Below are positions 8,925 through 18,659 of a stretch of 64,000 nucleotides of DNA, piece by piece; within the stretch, counting starts at the first letter, position 1; every line of letters begins with the position of its first letter. Below the pieces are notes generated by a model, which worked only from the letters and a program-made list of their open reading frames with translations, was not told where the DNA came from and did no database searches. Made by a program: the position numbers and the translations under genes. The DNA comes from an uncultured Gemmatimonadales bacterium. GTDB taxonomy: Bacteria; Gemmatimonadota; Gemmatimonadetes; Gemmatimonadales; Gemmatimonadaceae. The DNA lies in the NCBI GenBank assembly GCA_963707505.1, contig CAVPQB010000004.1:1-64000 (forward strand), written 5' to 3'.

Positions 8925-11585
8925 CTATTCCGCCCGCAGTGCCCGATTCGGATCCAGCCTCGCCGCGCGCCATGCCGGTACACCACACGCGATCATCGCC
9001 ACCGCACTCAGCGTAACAACCACTACCAGATACGTCGTCGCATCGAGCCGCGATACGCCGAACAGCATCGACACGATTGCGCGAGTCGCTGCGGCGGAAG
9101 CTACCAGTCCAATTGCGATTCCCAGCGCAGTGAGTCTCATCCCCTGACCGAGTACCAGCGTGAGAATACTCTCCGGTGACGCGCCCAGCGCCGCTCGAAT
9201 CCCGATCTCACGCACCTTTTCCGTTACGCTGGATGACAGAACGCCGTAGATACCGACAGCGGCCAGCACCAACGCAACCATTCCAAATGCCTCGAACAGG
9301 ATGAGAGCGAAGCGGCGATCGGCGATGGATTTGTCGACGAGATCATTCATCGTCGCGACGCGAACTACGGGCTGGTTCCTGTCGACAGAATGGATTGCAC
9401 TTCGCACCGCAGGTGTCAGCGCTGCTGCGTTTCCGTGCGTGCGCACCACCAGCGACATGCGACCCTCCACCCAGTGCCACTGTGTAGGAGTGACGTATAT
9501 CTCGGCGGTCTCTCCGTCTGCCAGCGATGACTGCTTCACGTCGCCGACTACTCCGACAATCGTGTAGGGATGTCCATCGGTGGGGCCGAAGTCGAACCGC
9601 TTCCCGACAGGATCATCGTGAGGGAATTGCCGTTTCGCAAACGACTCGTTGATGAGCGCGGCGCGTGGCGCACCGGCACGGTCCTGCGCCCCGAGCAATC
9701 GTCCGTGCCGCAACGGGATGCGCATTGCCGCGAAGTACGACGGCGTCACGGCGTATCTGAGCGCAGCGCCGGTGGCGTTCGCGTTGGGATCGTTCTCGAA
9801 GTGCACGCCGTAGGCGTCGAAGTCGCCGCTCAGCGGCAACTGGCTCGTGAATGCGGCAGCAGTCACACCGGGTACCTGCTGTACGGCGCCGAGCGCCTCT
9901 GCGAAGAAATCGTATCTGGCACTGTCCTGATTGGCGCTGTCCAGCTGGAAGCGATGACCCGACTCCTGTACCTGCATCGTGAGCACGTGCGACGGATCGA
10001 AGCCGACGTTTACTGCCAGGAGACTCCTGATGCTCCGAAGCAGCAATCCGGCGCCGATCAACAGCACGACCGCGAGCGCGACTTCCGTGACGACGAGTGC
10101 CTTGCGCGTAGTTTGATGTCCGCCAGTCGTACGCTGCGACGCCTGCTGCATTCCGAGGTTGAGCTCCTCACGCGATGCGCGCACTGCGGGTATCACACCA
10201 ACAGACAGACCGACGAGTGTCGTTACCACCAGACCGAACGCGAACACCGCCGCATCCAGTCGAATCACGCCCACGCGTGGAAGTCCGGCTGGACTGAGGG
10301 CGACCAGCGCTCGCACGCCGAGCTCTGCGACGATCATTCCCAATGCACCACCGATCAGTGCAAGCAGGAGACTCTCTGTCAGCAATTGCTGAGTCAGTCG
10401 CGTTCGTCTCGCGCCAAGCGCGGAACGCATCGCAAACTCGCCGCGCCGTCGCGCGCTGCTTGCGAGCAGCAGGTTGGTGACGTTGGCGCACGCTATCAGC
10501 AGCACGAGGATCACCGCTCCCAGTACGGCAAGGAGCACAGGTCTCACGCCACTGGTCACGTCGTCCTGCAGCGAGTGGACCAGCAATCCACTCTTGAGCG
10601 ATGCCCATGGAACGCGCGGGAAGTCACTTCGTGGAGTCCGCGCGATCGAGCTCAGCTCGTCTCTCGCCTGCGCGAGCCCGACACCAGCACGCATGCGTCC
10701 TACCATGCGCAGGTGGTGTCCCCACTCTCGGCTATCCGGTCCGAAGACCGTGGCGTACTGAAGTGGTGCCCATATCTGCACCGACGGTGCAAGCACATTC
10801 TCGAATGTCGCCGGCATCACGCCGATCACCACGTAGTCATCGTCGTCCAGCTTTACCGATCGGCCGATGATGTTCGGGTCGCCCGAAAAGCGCCGATGCC
10901 ACAGCGAGTTGCTCAGGATCGCCACACGGGGGCCGCCGGCTCTGTCGTCGGCGGACGTGAAAGTCCGTCCGAGCAGTGGCGACATGCCGAGTACGCGGAA
11001 GTAGTCTCCGCCGACACGCTGGCCGTCGAGTCGTTCCGGCTCAGCGCGGCCGACCATTGTCGGTTGCCATGTATTCACGACCGCCATCGCATCGAACGAG
11101 TGGCTTCGTTGAACGAGCTCGCGATACGTGCCGAACGTTACATCCTGCGGCGCGCCGTCGGATCCGAAATCCGATATCATCGCGATACGCTTTGCGTTGG
11201 GATAGGGCAGCGACTCGAAGAGAATGGGATTCACCGCGCTGAAGATCGCCGTGCTCGCACCGATGCCAATCGCGAGTGTGACGACCGTGACGATGGTGAC
11301 GCCCGGATTGCCGCGGAACCTCCGGAATGCGTAGCGCACGTCGGCGAGCATGGTCTCGACGGCGTTCTCCCAGCCGTACCGGCGAACCTGTTCCCTCACA
11401 TTGGTAACGCCGCCCACCTCGATCCGCGCGGCGCGCAGCGCTTCGTCCGGCGACAGCCCACGGGCGAGATGCGCGGCGCGCGCGTTCTCCAGGTAGTCGT
11501 CTACCTCGTCCGCGACATTCCGGTCGGTGACTGCGCGATTGGTGAGTGCGTGCAGGCCGCGAGTGAGCTGACGCAAAAGGGACAT
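8925..11585 (-). CDS. ADOP-family duplicated ABC permease (MacB/FtsX-like)
   Basis: DVRYAFR...LAIGIGASTAIFS, LLIACANVTNLLLA, REIGIRAALGA and C-terminal PAWRAARLDP..ALRAE. Confidence 0.92.
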   Translation of the reverse strand: MSLLRQLTRGLHALTNRAVTDRNVADEVDDYLENARAAHLARGLSPDEALRAARIEVGGVTNVREQVRRYGWENAVETMLADVRYAFRRFRGNPGVTIVTVVTLAIGIGASTAIFSAVNPILFESLPYPNAKRIAMISDFGSDGAPQDVTFGTYRELVQRSHSFDAMAVVNTWQPTMVGRAEPERLDGQRVGGDYFRVLGMSPLLGRTFTSADDRAGGPRVAILSNSLWHRRFSGDPNIIGRSVKLDDDDYVVIGVMPATFENVLAPSVQIWAPLQYATVFGPDSREWGHHLRMVGRMRAGVGLAQARDELSSIARTPRSDFPRVPWASLKSGLLVHSLQDDVTSGVRPVLLAVLGAVILVLLIACANVTNLLLASSARRRGEFAMRSALGARRTRLTQQLLTESLLLALIGGALGMIVAELGVRALVALSPAGLPRVGVIRLDAAVFAFGLVVTTLVGLSVGVIPAVRASREELNLGMQQASQRTTGGHQTTRKALVVTEVALAVVLLIGAGLLLRSIRSLLAVNVGFDPSHVLTMQVQESGHRFQLDSANQDSARYDFFAEALGAVQQVPGVTAAAFTSQLPLSGDFDAYGVHFENDPNANATGAALRYAVTPSYFAAMRIPLRHGRLLGAQDRAGAPRAALINESFAKRQFPHDDPVGKRFDFGPTDGHPYTIVGVVGDVKQSSLADGETAEIYVTPTQWHWVEGRMSLVVRTHGNAAALTPAVRSAIHSVDRNQPVVRVATMNDLVDKSIADRRFALILFEAFGMVALVLAAVGIYGVLSSSVTEKVREIGIRAALGASPESILTLVLGQGMRLTALGIAIGLVASAAATRAIVSMLFGVSRLDATTYLVVVVTLSAVAMIACGVPAWRAARLDPNRALRAE

Positions 11586-11589
11586 GCTC

Positions 11590-11925
11590 TCAACCGTCGG
11601 CTTTCAGAAGGCGTGCGACGGCTGATGCGCGCCGCGTCCAGTCTTCCGTCTCCACGCCCAGCTGCTTGTGACCAGCTCGCGTCAGCGAATAGAACTTCGC
11701 CCGCCGCGAATTTTCGGTCTGTCGCCACTCCGCGTCGAGCGCTCCACTGCGCTCGAGTCGTTGCAGCGCCGTGAGCAGTGACCCCGGATTGACCTTGAAC
11801 GTGTCTCTGGAAATCTGCTCGATCCGGCGCGCGATCCCGTAACCGTGCATCGGCTGCAGGCTGAGTGTCTTGAGGATCAGCATGTCCAGGGTACCCTGGA
11901 TCACATCGGTATTCGGCTCCTGCAC
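11590..11925 (-). CDS. PadR-family transcriptional regulator
   Basis: QGTLDMLILKTL..PMHGYGIA...SENSRRAKFY-like pattern; directly upstream of the ADOP permease. Confidence 0.92.
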   Translation of the reverse strand: MQEPNTDVIQGTLDMLILKTLSLQPMHGYGIARRIEQISRDTFKVNPGSLLTALQRLERSGALDAEWRQTENSRRAKFYSLTRAGHKQLGVETEDWTRRASAVARLLKADG

Positions 11926-11952
11926 GGCTGGCTCCTGTAGCGAGTCATGTCC

Positions 11953-11981
11953 AGGATATGTGAGTATGGTATGATTGTCAA
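11953..11981 (-). promoter_or_regulatory. sigma70-type promoter of padR-permease
   Basis: Minus strand TTGACA-17 nt-TATCCT. Confidence 0.65.
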
Positions 11982-12048
11982 GATGTGACGGTCAGAGGAT
12001 GACGGTCAGAGGATGATCGTCAGGAGATGGCCATCAGGGTAAACAGTC

Positions 12049-12249
12049 GTCATCCCCGCGAAAGCGGGGATCCATGGCCGACGCATGAGGCATAGCATCC
12101 AGCTTTGCAGGTGTCGCCTTAGGCGGATGAAAGGCCGGACTATGGTCGTTACTCGAGGTCGATGATTCCTGCAAACATGGGCAACGTCGTCCAAGCGTCC
12201 GCCATGGACCCCCGCTTTCGCGGGGGCGACGGGCTTTCGCGGGGATGAC
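12049..12249. repeat. REP family A cluster (inverted pair plus partial copy)
   Basis: GTCATCCCCGCGAAAGCGGGGATCCAT at 12049-12075; inverted copy at 12204-12230; partial copy at 12233-12249. Confidence 0.8.
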
Positions 12250-12271
12250 GATGGGCGGTAATGAGGACTCT

Positions 12272-13036
12272 CTACATCTCCTGTTCCGTCGGACGGATCA
12301 GCATCTCGTTCACCGCCATCCGCCGCGGCCGCGTCACGATGTAGGTGATCGCATCAGCTATGTCATCCGCGTGCAGTCGCTCGATGTTCGCCAACCGCTG
12401 TGCAGTCTGTTCGCGGATTTCCGGACGCAGGTGGCTCGTCAGCTCCGTAGTGACAGCGCCCGGCTCGACCAGTGCGACGCGCACGTGACGACCCGTAACT
12501 TCCTGCCGCAGCGATTCGCTGAACGCACCGACTCCGAACTTCGTGAGGTTGTAAACGCCGGAGCCGCGGCGCGGCACGCGCCCCGCGACCGAGCTGATAT
12601 TGATGATATCCGCAACGCGCCGCGGTCCAATCTCCGCGGCCTTCAGCAGATGCGGCAGCGCCGCGTGCGCAGTGTAGAGCAGGCCGAGCACGTTGAGGTG
12701 CACCATGCGCTCCCACTCCTCCATCGGTGCATTCTCGATGGGGCCGAGCAGCATGACGCCCGCGTTGTTGATGACGATGTCGAGCCGCCCGAGGTCCCGC
12801 ACGGTCGTCTCGACCATCGCTCGCGCCTGTATCGGGTCGGTGATGTCCGTCTGGTGAATGAGTGCGCGTCCACCCGCTTTCGTGATTTCGTCCGCCAACT
12901 CGGCGAGGCGATCGGCGCGACGTGCGGCGAGGGTGACGGCGGCTCCCTCGCGCGCGAGGAAGCGTGCAGTGGCTGCGCCGATTCCGCTGCTCGCACCAGT
13001 GACGAGAGCTACGGTTCCATCGAGGTTTCTGGGCAT
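12272..13036 (-). CDS. SDR family oxidoreductase
   Basis: TGASSGIG, NNAG, YNLTK motifs. Confidence 0.93.
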   Translation of the reverse strand: MPRNLDGTVALVTGASSGIGAATARFLAREGAAVTLAARRADRLAELADEITKAGGRALIHQTDITDPIQARAMVETTVRDLGRLDIVINNAGVMLLGPIENAPMEEWERMVHLNVLGLLYTAHAALPHLLKAAEIGPRRVADIINISSVAGRVPRRGSGVYNLTKFGVGAFSESLRQEVTGRHVRVALVEPGAVTTELTSHLRPEIREQTAQRLANIERLHADDIADAITYIVTRPRRMAVNEMLIRPTEQEM

Positions 13037-13170
13037 CGGACTTCTCTTGATTGGGATCGTGACGGGCCGGGTCGGCTGCGGGCCCCTGCTTGAACGTAGT
13101 CCCGCATTTAACGCATCGCGATGCCGGGCCGGAAAGTGACTATCGACGTGTGCTGATGCTGCACCAGCTT

Positions 13171-13226
13171 ATTCGAAAATTTAGGTTCGAATCATCGCGA
13201 CCGACCGGAGTTGGCACCAGACTTGT
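13171..13226 (+). promoter_or_regulatory. Palindromic operator plus sigma54-like promoter
   Basis: ATTCGAA-N8-TTCGAAT at 13171-13192; TGGCAC-N5-TTGT at 13212-13226 (GC at -12 replaced by GT). Confidence 0.4.
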
Positions 13227-13282
13227 ACGCCCGAAGCCGTCTCGTCCCGCTCCGTTTTTCGAACGATGCAAGGGAGGCTGCG

Positions 13283-16021
13283 ATGCCGGAAATCACCAGT
13301 GCTTTTCGTCGTGTTCCGAAGGCCACCTACGTTCCTCTCGCCATAGAGCAACAACCCGCTCCGCAAACCCCGAAGCAACAGCCCGGACAGTCCGGAAAGG
13401 GTACGAGCGCCAGGCAGCAGCCGCGTACGACCGCCGGCGAGAGTGCCGCAGTCGAGAGTGCCGCAGTCGTGAAGTTTGGCTTCCTCCGTCAACTTGCACT
13501 GCAACCCGGTGAGGTTGACGCAGCGATCCATGCCGCATCGTCGGCTGGTAACAGGCCGCAGGGTCAACAGCTGCCCGCTGACATGGCAGCGGCGGCTGGC
13601 GTGTTGCGCGCCTTCGAGGGTTCCCCGATGCCGTCGCTGCTTCCGCCGCCGAGCGCGCTTGCAGGAATTCCTTCGGCAACACTGCTGGCTTTCGGGAACG
13701 GGTTGGTCAAGCTTCGCACCGATGCGGTGAACGCTCCCCCCAAGCCCGGTGCGACTGTCGAGGCGTACACGGCCACGCCCGGTGCTCACGAGTTGTATCA
13801 GCTCAATGCGGGCATCACGGCCACCAGAAATTTTCAGGCAAATGCCGCCGCCACACGTATCGGCATGCTGAACCTGGAGCGGCTCGAGATGACGCCGGCC
13901 GGCCTGGAACGCGGCGAGCTCATTGCGACCATTCCGCTCGCGCCGATGGAGAAGACATCGGTCGTGCAGAAGGAATGGTCGCTGACGAGCCAGGAATTCA
14001 CCTCGGTCGTGACCGATTCGCTCGAGAACTACAGCGAAACAGGCGTCACCGACAATACCGAGCTGGCACAGTCGACGACGTCGCAGTCGTCCCATGACAA
14101 TCAGTTCAATGCGACGGGGTCCGTGCGTGGCTCGTTTGGGAATTTCGTGACGGCGTCCGCCCAGTCCGGTTTTACCATGCAGGACAAGAATTCGACGTCG
14201 GCGACCGACAGTCGCAAGGACGCTGTATCCGTTACGCGCAAGGCTTCATCGCGATCCAAGCAGTCGCACAAGGTGACCATATCGACCACGACAACGACCG
14301 GAAAGTCGGAGACGTCCACGCGAACGCTGCACAATCCCAGTCCCACCGACCCGATGCGCATCGACTACTTCAGTCTGATGCGCAAGTGGCACGTTGGGCT
14401 CTACCGATATGGTTTGCGACTGACGTACGACATCGTGGTTCCGGAACCCGGTGCTGCGATGCGCAAGACGTTCGCGGAGCTGAGTCAGATTCAGGCGCAG
14501 ATCACGAATGGCTTTGTGTTCCTCCTGAAGGTCGAGGACGTCCTGCCGGATCAGAACACCGTGAACGGTCTTGCCGACACGTACGGCGTGTCGCTGCCAT
14601 CGCCGCCGCAGACACCAGCATTCCCGCTCACCATCGGCGGTCCGGTTGGCGCACCCGGCAACACGCTCGGCAACGATTCTGGATGGAGATTCTTCCAGGT
14701 TCCGTTCACCATTCCCGATGGATTCGAAGTTCAGAAGATCACGATGGTCGCAATGCTGGGTAATCAGGCACAGGTTTCACGGCAGCTCAACCTGCTTGAC
14801 TTCGGCGCGCCGTGGGGTAGTGCTGTCACTGGCGGTGAGGTGTTTCTCAACCAGGATCTTCAGTTCTCAGGCGGCGACTACTTCATGCAGGGGGCGACCG
14901 GACAGCAGACGCTCACGTACGAGATCGTCTGGATCGATGCCGCGGCGATCATCTTCTACGTGCATCTGCAGCCAACAGCGCAGGCCATCTCCCAGTGGCA
15001 GATGGCGGTGTGGAACAGCTGCTTCAACGGCGCCCAGACCAAGTATTACGCGGAACAGCAGACGCTCAACGCACGACTCGCAGCACTCAAGGATCAGATC
15101 GACAACGTCGATACGTTGACGCTGCGCCGAGAGGAGAACGACGAGATCATGAAGTGCGTGCTGCAGTGGTTGCTGGGAGTCGGATTCGACTTCATGCCTG
15201 CAAGCGTCGCCAATCTCTTTGCGGCCAATACCGACGCGTCACTGGGTCCCTCGCCATCGGATTCTCTCCAGTACGGAGTGGCATTCACGGGCAACGACAC
15301 GTCGCTGCCAGCGTCGGGCTGGTCCACGATGTTCCAGTACGAGCAGATGGTTCGCTTCATCAACGACGCCATCGAGTGGGAGAACGTCGTCTATTTTCTG
15401 TACTCGTATTTCTGGGATGTGCCGGCCAGTTGGGAGTTCATCAAATCGATCCGGCATCCGGATTCCACGCGCCAGGGATTCCTGCGCTCCGGAAGTGCGC
15501 GGGTCGTGCTCACCGTGCGGGAGGGTTTCGAGGAAGCGTGGGTGAAATTCGCAGAGGCCGGTGCAGTGGACGCCATCTACGATGGTCCATATCTCACCAT
15601 CGCGCAGCAGATTGCCGACTACAACGCCACCAATTATCCGGGCATTCCCCCGACAGCACCCGGCGGCGGCCCACTGCCGGATGATGGTGGCCAGGTCGCC
15701 ACGACTTCGAGTGGTGTGTTTGCGGCAAGCGCAGCACGGGTCACCATCGCTGTGGCTTCGAGTGCCGGATTTCTCATCGGATATTCGGCTGTCCTCGATA
15801 CGTTCGACTCTGGCGTGCAGGAAGCGCAACCCATTGTCGACGTGCCGGATGCCACTCACATCACGCTGCAGATGTTGAACAATGCGCACGACGGATCGAA
15901 GATCCCGTTCGTCGTGATGCAGGCGGGAGAAAAGGGTGTGTTGATCGCCGAGTGGTTCGAGTACACACCGTCGTCGGGAACCGATATCGCAGTTACCAGC
16001 AATCTTGCCACGATCGCATGA
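13283..16021 (+). CDS. Large uncharacterised protein with Ser/Thr-rich beta-pore-forming-like region
   Basis: AGGGAGG SD before ATG 13283. Motifs GELIATIPLAP, S/T tract with FNATGSVRGSFGNFVTASAQSGF, FINDAIEWENVVYFLYSYFW, FLRSGSARVVLTVREGFE. The function is inferred. Confidence 0.75.
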   Translation: MPEITSAFRRVPKATYVPLAIEQQPAPQTPKQQPGQSGKGTSARQQPRTTAGESAAVESAAVVKFGFLRQLALQPGEVDAAIHAASSAGNRPQGQQLPADMAAAAGVLRAFEGSPMPSLLPPPSALAGIPSATLLAFGNGLVKLRTDAVNAPPKPGATVEAYTATPGAHELYQLNAGITATRNFQANAAATRIGMLNLERLEMTPAGLERGELIATIPLAPMEKTSVVQKEWSLTSQEFTSVVTDSLENYSETGVTDNTELAQSTTSQSSHDNQFNATGSVRGSFGNFVTASAQSGFTMQDKNSTSATDSRKDAVSVTRKASSRSKQSHKVTISTTTTTGKSETSTRTLHNPSPTDPMRIDYFSLMRKWHVGLYRYGLRLTYDIVVPEPGAAMRKTFAELSQIQAQITNGFVFLLKVEDVLPDQNTVNGLADTYGVSLPSPPQTPAFPLTIGGPVGAPGNTLGNDSGWRFFQVPFTIPDGFEVQKITMVAMLGNQAQVSRQLNLLDFGAPWGSAVTGGEVFLNQDLQFSGGDYFMQGATGQQTLTYEIVWIDAAAIIFYVHLQPTAQAISQWQMAVWNSCFNGAQTKYYAEQQTLNARLAALKDQIDNVDTLTLRREENDEIMKCVLQWLLGVGFDFMPASVANLFAANTDASLGPSPSDSLQYGVAFTGNDTSLPASGWSTMFQYEQMVRFINDAIEWENVVYFLYSYFWDVPASWEFIKSIRHPDSTRQGFLRSGSARVVLTVREGFEEAWVKFAEAGAVDAIYDGPYLTIAQQIADYNATNYPGIPPTAPGGGPLPDDGGQVATTSSGVFAASAARVTIAVASSAGFLIGYSAVLDTFDSGVQEAQPIVDVPDATHITLQMLNNAHDGSKIPFVVMQAGEKGVLIAEWFEYTPSSGTDIAVTSNLATIA

Positions 16022-16039
16022 GCGCGGCACGGTAGCCGG

Positions 16040-17575
16040 ATGGACGTCGGCGACTACTTCCTGAAGAAGACACCAGGGTCGTACGGCTTCGACGCCGAAC
16101 AGGATAACGACGTCGTGGTCTACGACAACAACAAGGTGTTCTTCGCGGACGTCCGCGCTGATATGGAGCTGGCTACGGCGCCGGACCACTTCATCTATTT
16201 CTGCGGATGGTGGTCCGACACGTATCTACCACTCGGCGACCCCGCGTCGAAAGCGCCGACACTGCGCCAGACACTCAGCAAGCTTGCGGCAGGCCTGCCG
16301 ACGCCGGCCGGTCCAATGACTCCCGCTGGGCCGCTGGAGAACCAGCTCGGACCCGAGGTGTGCTGCATGGTGTGGCAGCAGAAGGCGCAGGCCGATCTGA
16401 TGGCGGTTGTGCTGAGTGCGAACATACTGAACGTAGCTACGTGGATGCTGCCGGACTCGATCTTCGGAGCACAGGTGCTAGCGCCGATAAATACTGAGAC
16501 TGTACGCTTCCTCAATTTTCTGCGAGGAATGAACAGGGGAATTCTGGACAAGGCGCATCGTATATTCGGCAGCCACCATCAGAAATTCATCGTCATCCAC
16601 AATCAGCGCGGCCTTGTTGCATACGTCGGCAGCAGCGATTTCAACGCCGACCGTCTGTACGTCAAGGGTGACACTACGGCGACGAACCCGCCCGCCACAC
16701 TCGGCGCTCCGCTGAACGACGTCAACGTCAGAGTCGAAGGGCCTGCGGCTTCGGACGTGCTGTCCAGCTTCGTCGATCGCTGGAGTCTGCATGACGAAGG
16801 AAAGAACTGGACGCTGAAAGGAGCGAGCTACGCCCAGGCCAACAAGGCCGCAGGCACCGTGTGGGCGCAGGTCACGCACACGTACGGCAAGGGATATCCA
16901 TTCCCCGATGCAGTCCGAAGTGCTGCGGACGCGCAGATCCAGATCATTCGCGCCGCCGCGCAGTACGTCTACTACGAAGATCAGTATCTCATCGGCACCT
17001 ACGAGCTTGGCGCGGAGCTGGACAAAAAGCTGGCCGCCAGCACGAGCCTCGTCGTGATTGGTGTGATGGCGGCAGCAGCAATCGTCAGCGATCTGAAATA
17101 CGTGACGCAGCGCCGGTCGGATTTCTGGCTGCCCCTGACGTCAAGGTATGGCAATCGTGTCCTGCTGTATGAGATGCTCGACGATCACCACTCGGACACC
17201 GGACCGGGCGCGTATCTGCACAACAAGATGACGATAGCCGACGACGCGATCGCGACCGTCGGCTCGGTCAACTTCAGTAACCGGTCCTGGTATCACGACT
17301 CCGAGTTGATGTTGAGTATCGGAGGACCCGGCGGCAGGGTATCAGGCGCCGGCCCGTCGAGCGGTGACGTAGCGCTCAAGGTGAGAATGATGCGCTGGTG
17401 TCGGCACCTCGGTCAGTCGCCGAGTCAGATACCACACTTCCAGGACGCGCTGGTGCGCTGGCGAAGTCTCCCTTCCGGGTCCTTTGTCAGGCCATGGTAT
17501 CCGTTCGCGAACAACATGAACGCCAATCAGATGTCACTCTATGACACGATCTATGCCGTAGCAGATCCGACCTAG
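16040..17575 (+). CDS. Phospholipase D superfamily protein (two HKD-type motifs)
   Basis: SHHQKFIVIH..AYVGSSD and YLHNKMTIADD..TVGSVNFSNRS; YYEDQYL motif. Confidence 0.88.
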   Translation: MDVGDYFLKKTPGSYGFDAEQDNDVVVYDNNKVFFADVRADMELATAPDHFIYFCGWWSDTYLPLGDPASKAPTLRQTLSKLAAGLPTPAGPMTPAGPLENQLGPEVCCMVWQQKAQADLMAVVLSANILNVATWMLPDSIFGAQVLAPINTETVRFLNFLRGMNRGILDKAHRIFGSHHQKFIVIHNQRGLVAYVGSSDFNADRLYVKGDTTATNPPATLGAPLNDVNVRVEGPAASDVLSSFVDRWSLHDEGKNWTLKGASYAQANKAAGTVWAQVTHTYGKGYPFPDAVRSAADAQIQIIRAAAQYVYYEDQYLIGTYELGAELDKKLAASTSLVVIGVMAAAAIVSDLKYVTQRRSDFWLPLTSRYGNRVLLYEMLDDHHSDTGPGAYLHNKMTIADDAIATVGSVNFSNRSWYHDSELMLSIGGPGGRVSGAGPSSGDVALKVRMMRWCRHLGQSPSQIPHFQDALVRWRSLPSGSFVRPWYPFANNMNANQMSLYDTIYAVADPT

Positions 17576-17625
17576 CGTATCGAGACTCGCGCAATTGATC
17601 CAGCCCGCGGGCAGGCGCGTCGCCG

Positions 17626-18141
17626 TCATTTAATCGCGCCGGGTTTGCCAGCGATTCTACGAAGGACGCCCGTCTGGCCAGAATGATATGCCTGATGCCA
17701 ACATACCGTGCTGAGAAGCGAGCCGATGGTTTCGTCCGGGTTGCCAGTCGGGCTCATCGGTGCCGGCTCTGCAAGTACGTTATCCGAGAGGCCGGCGAGT
17801 CCAGCATCCACACGCGTGCAACATTCGTCCCATGCCTTCATCAGTTCGGAGATGTCCAGCGCATCGTCGCCGTTCCGTAGCGGCGGTGATCCGCGGTCGT
17901 AGCGCTTGAGTACGCTGGCCTCGAGCACCGGCTCCTGACCCAGCAGTGGCAGCACGTTGTGGTAGACCGCGAGCAGGTGCCCGACTACCCAGTTGAGGCA
18001 GTTTCCAGCAGGGTGCGGCTGCACGAGTGATTCGGTCTGGGTGACCCCGTCGACGTTGATCTGAACGACCCGGTGAACCATGCGCGCCTGATGGCGCAGA
18101 ACGTCGATCGTGCTGGTGAGATTGGAGGCGGATGCTGTCAT
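17626..18141 (-). CDS. DinB-family protein
   Basis: NCLNWVVGHL and WHQAYHSGQ metal-binding His triad. Confidence 0.85.
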   Translation of the reverse strand: MTASASNLTSTIDVLRHQARMVHRVVQINVDGVTQTESLVQPHPAGNCLNWVVGHLLAVYHNVLPLLGQEPVLEASVLKRYDRGSPPLRNGDDALDISELMKAWDECCTRVDAGLAGLSDNVLAEPAPMSPTGNPDETIGSLLSTVCWHQAYHSGQTGVLRRIAGKPGAIK

Positions 18142-18659
18142 GACTGTGTCTGCGATGGCTTGGATGGTTGTGTCGTCAGGTCCGCGAGATAGCCGGCGAG
18201 GCGATCGAAAGTGCTGTTCCAGCCGTGGTCGTGGCCGTCGCGCGAAGCAACGGTGTCGAAGCCCGTCTGATGAAGCGTGAGCTCCGTCCTGTTCCCACGA
18301 TCGACGAATGTGAGCGTGACGTGAGTTTCCACGCCGGGTGTGCCGTCAGCGCGCAGCCAGGTGTGAGTGAACGACAGTCGCTCGGGAGGAGTCACATCCG
18401 TGTACACTCCCTGCAACCAGTGATCGACTCCTTCGGGCGAGCGCATGCAGACCTTGTACTCGCCGCCAGGACGTATGTCTGATTTCACAGTTGTCACCGT
18501 GAATCCAACCGGTGCGTTCTCCCATCGCTTGAGATGCTCGGGATCGGTCCAGGCCTGGAACACGAGCTCGCGCGGTGCCTCGAAGAAACGCGTGATGCGC
18601 AATTCCGGGCCGGGTGTCGGCGACGCGCTCAGTCGGGAGCTATTTGCGCTTGCGGACAT
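18138..18659 (-). CDS. SRPBCC/AHSA1 domain protein
   Basis: ITRFFEAPRELVFQAWTDP...DIRPGG...GWNSTFDRL. Confidence 0.9.
   Translation of the reverse strand: MSASANSSRLSASPTPGPELRITRFFEAPRELVFQAWTDPEHLKRWENAPVGFTVTTVKSDIRPGGEYKVCMRSPEGVDHWLQGVYTDVTPPERLSFTHTWLRADGTPGVETHVTLTFVDRGNRTELTLHQTGFDTVASRDGHDHGWNSTFDRLAGYLADLTTQPSKPSQTQS

Noticed and set aside
9570..11774. 734-aa plus-strand ORF and similar long antisense ORFs (e.g. 23479..24513, 31205..32383, 20167..21354)
   Set aside because: These are shadows of clear genes on the opposite strand, expected in GC-rich DNA, and have no family motifs.
8767..12249. Repeat clusters as a CRISPR array
   Set aside because: The copies are inverted and irregularly spaced, with no uniform spacers and no cas genes.
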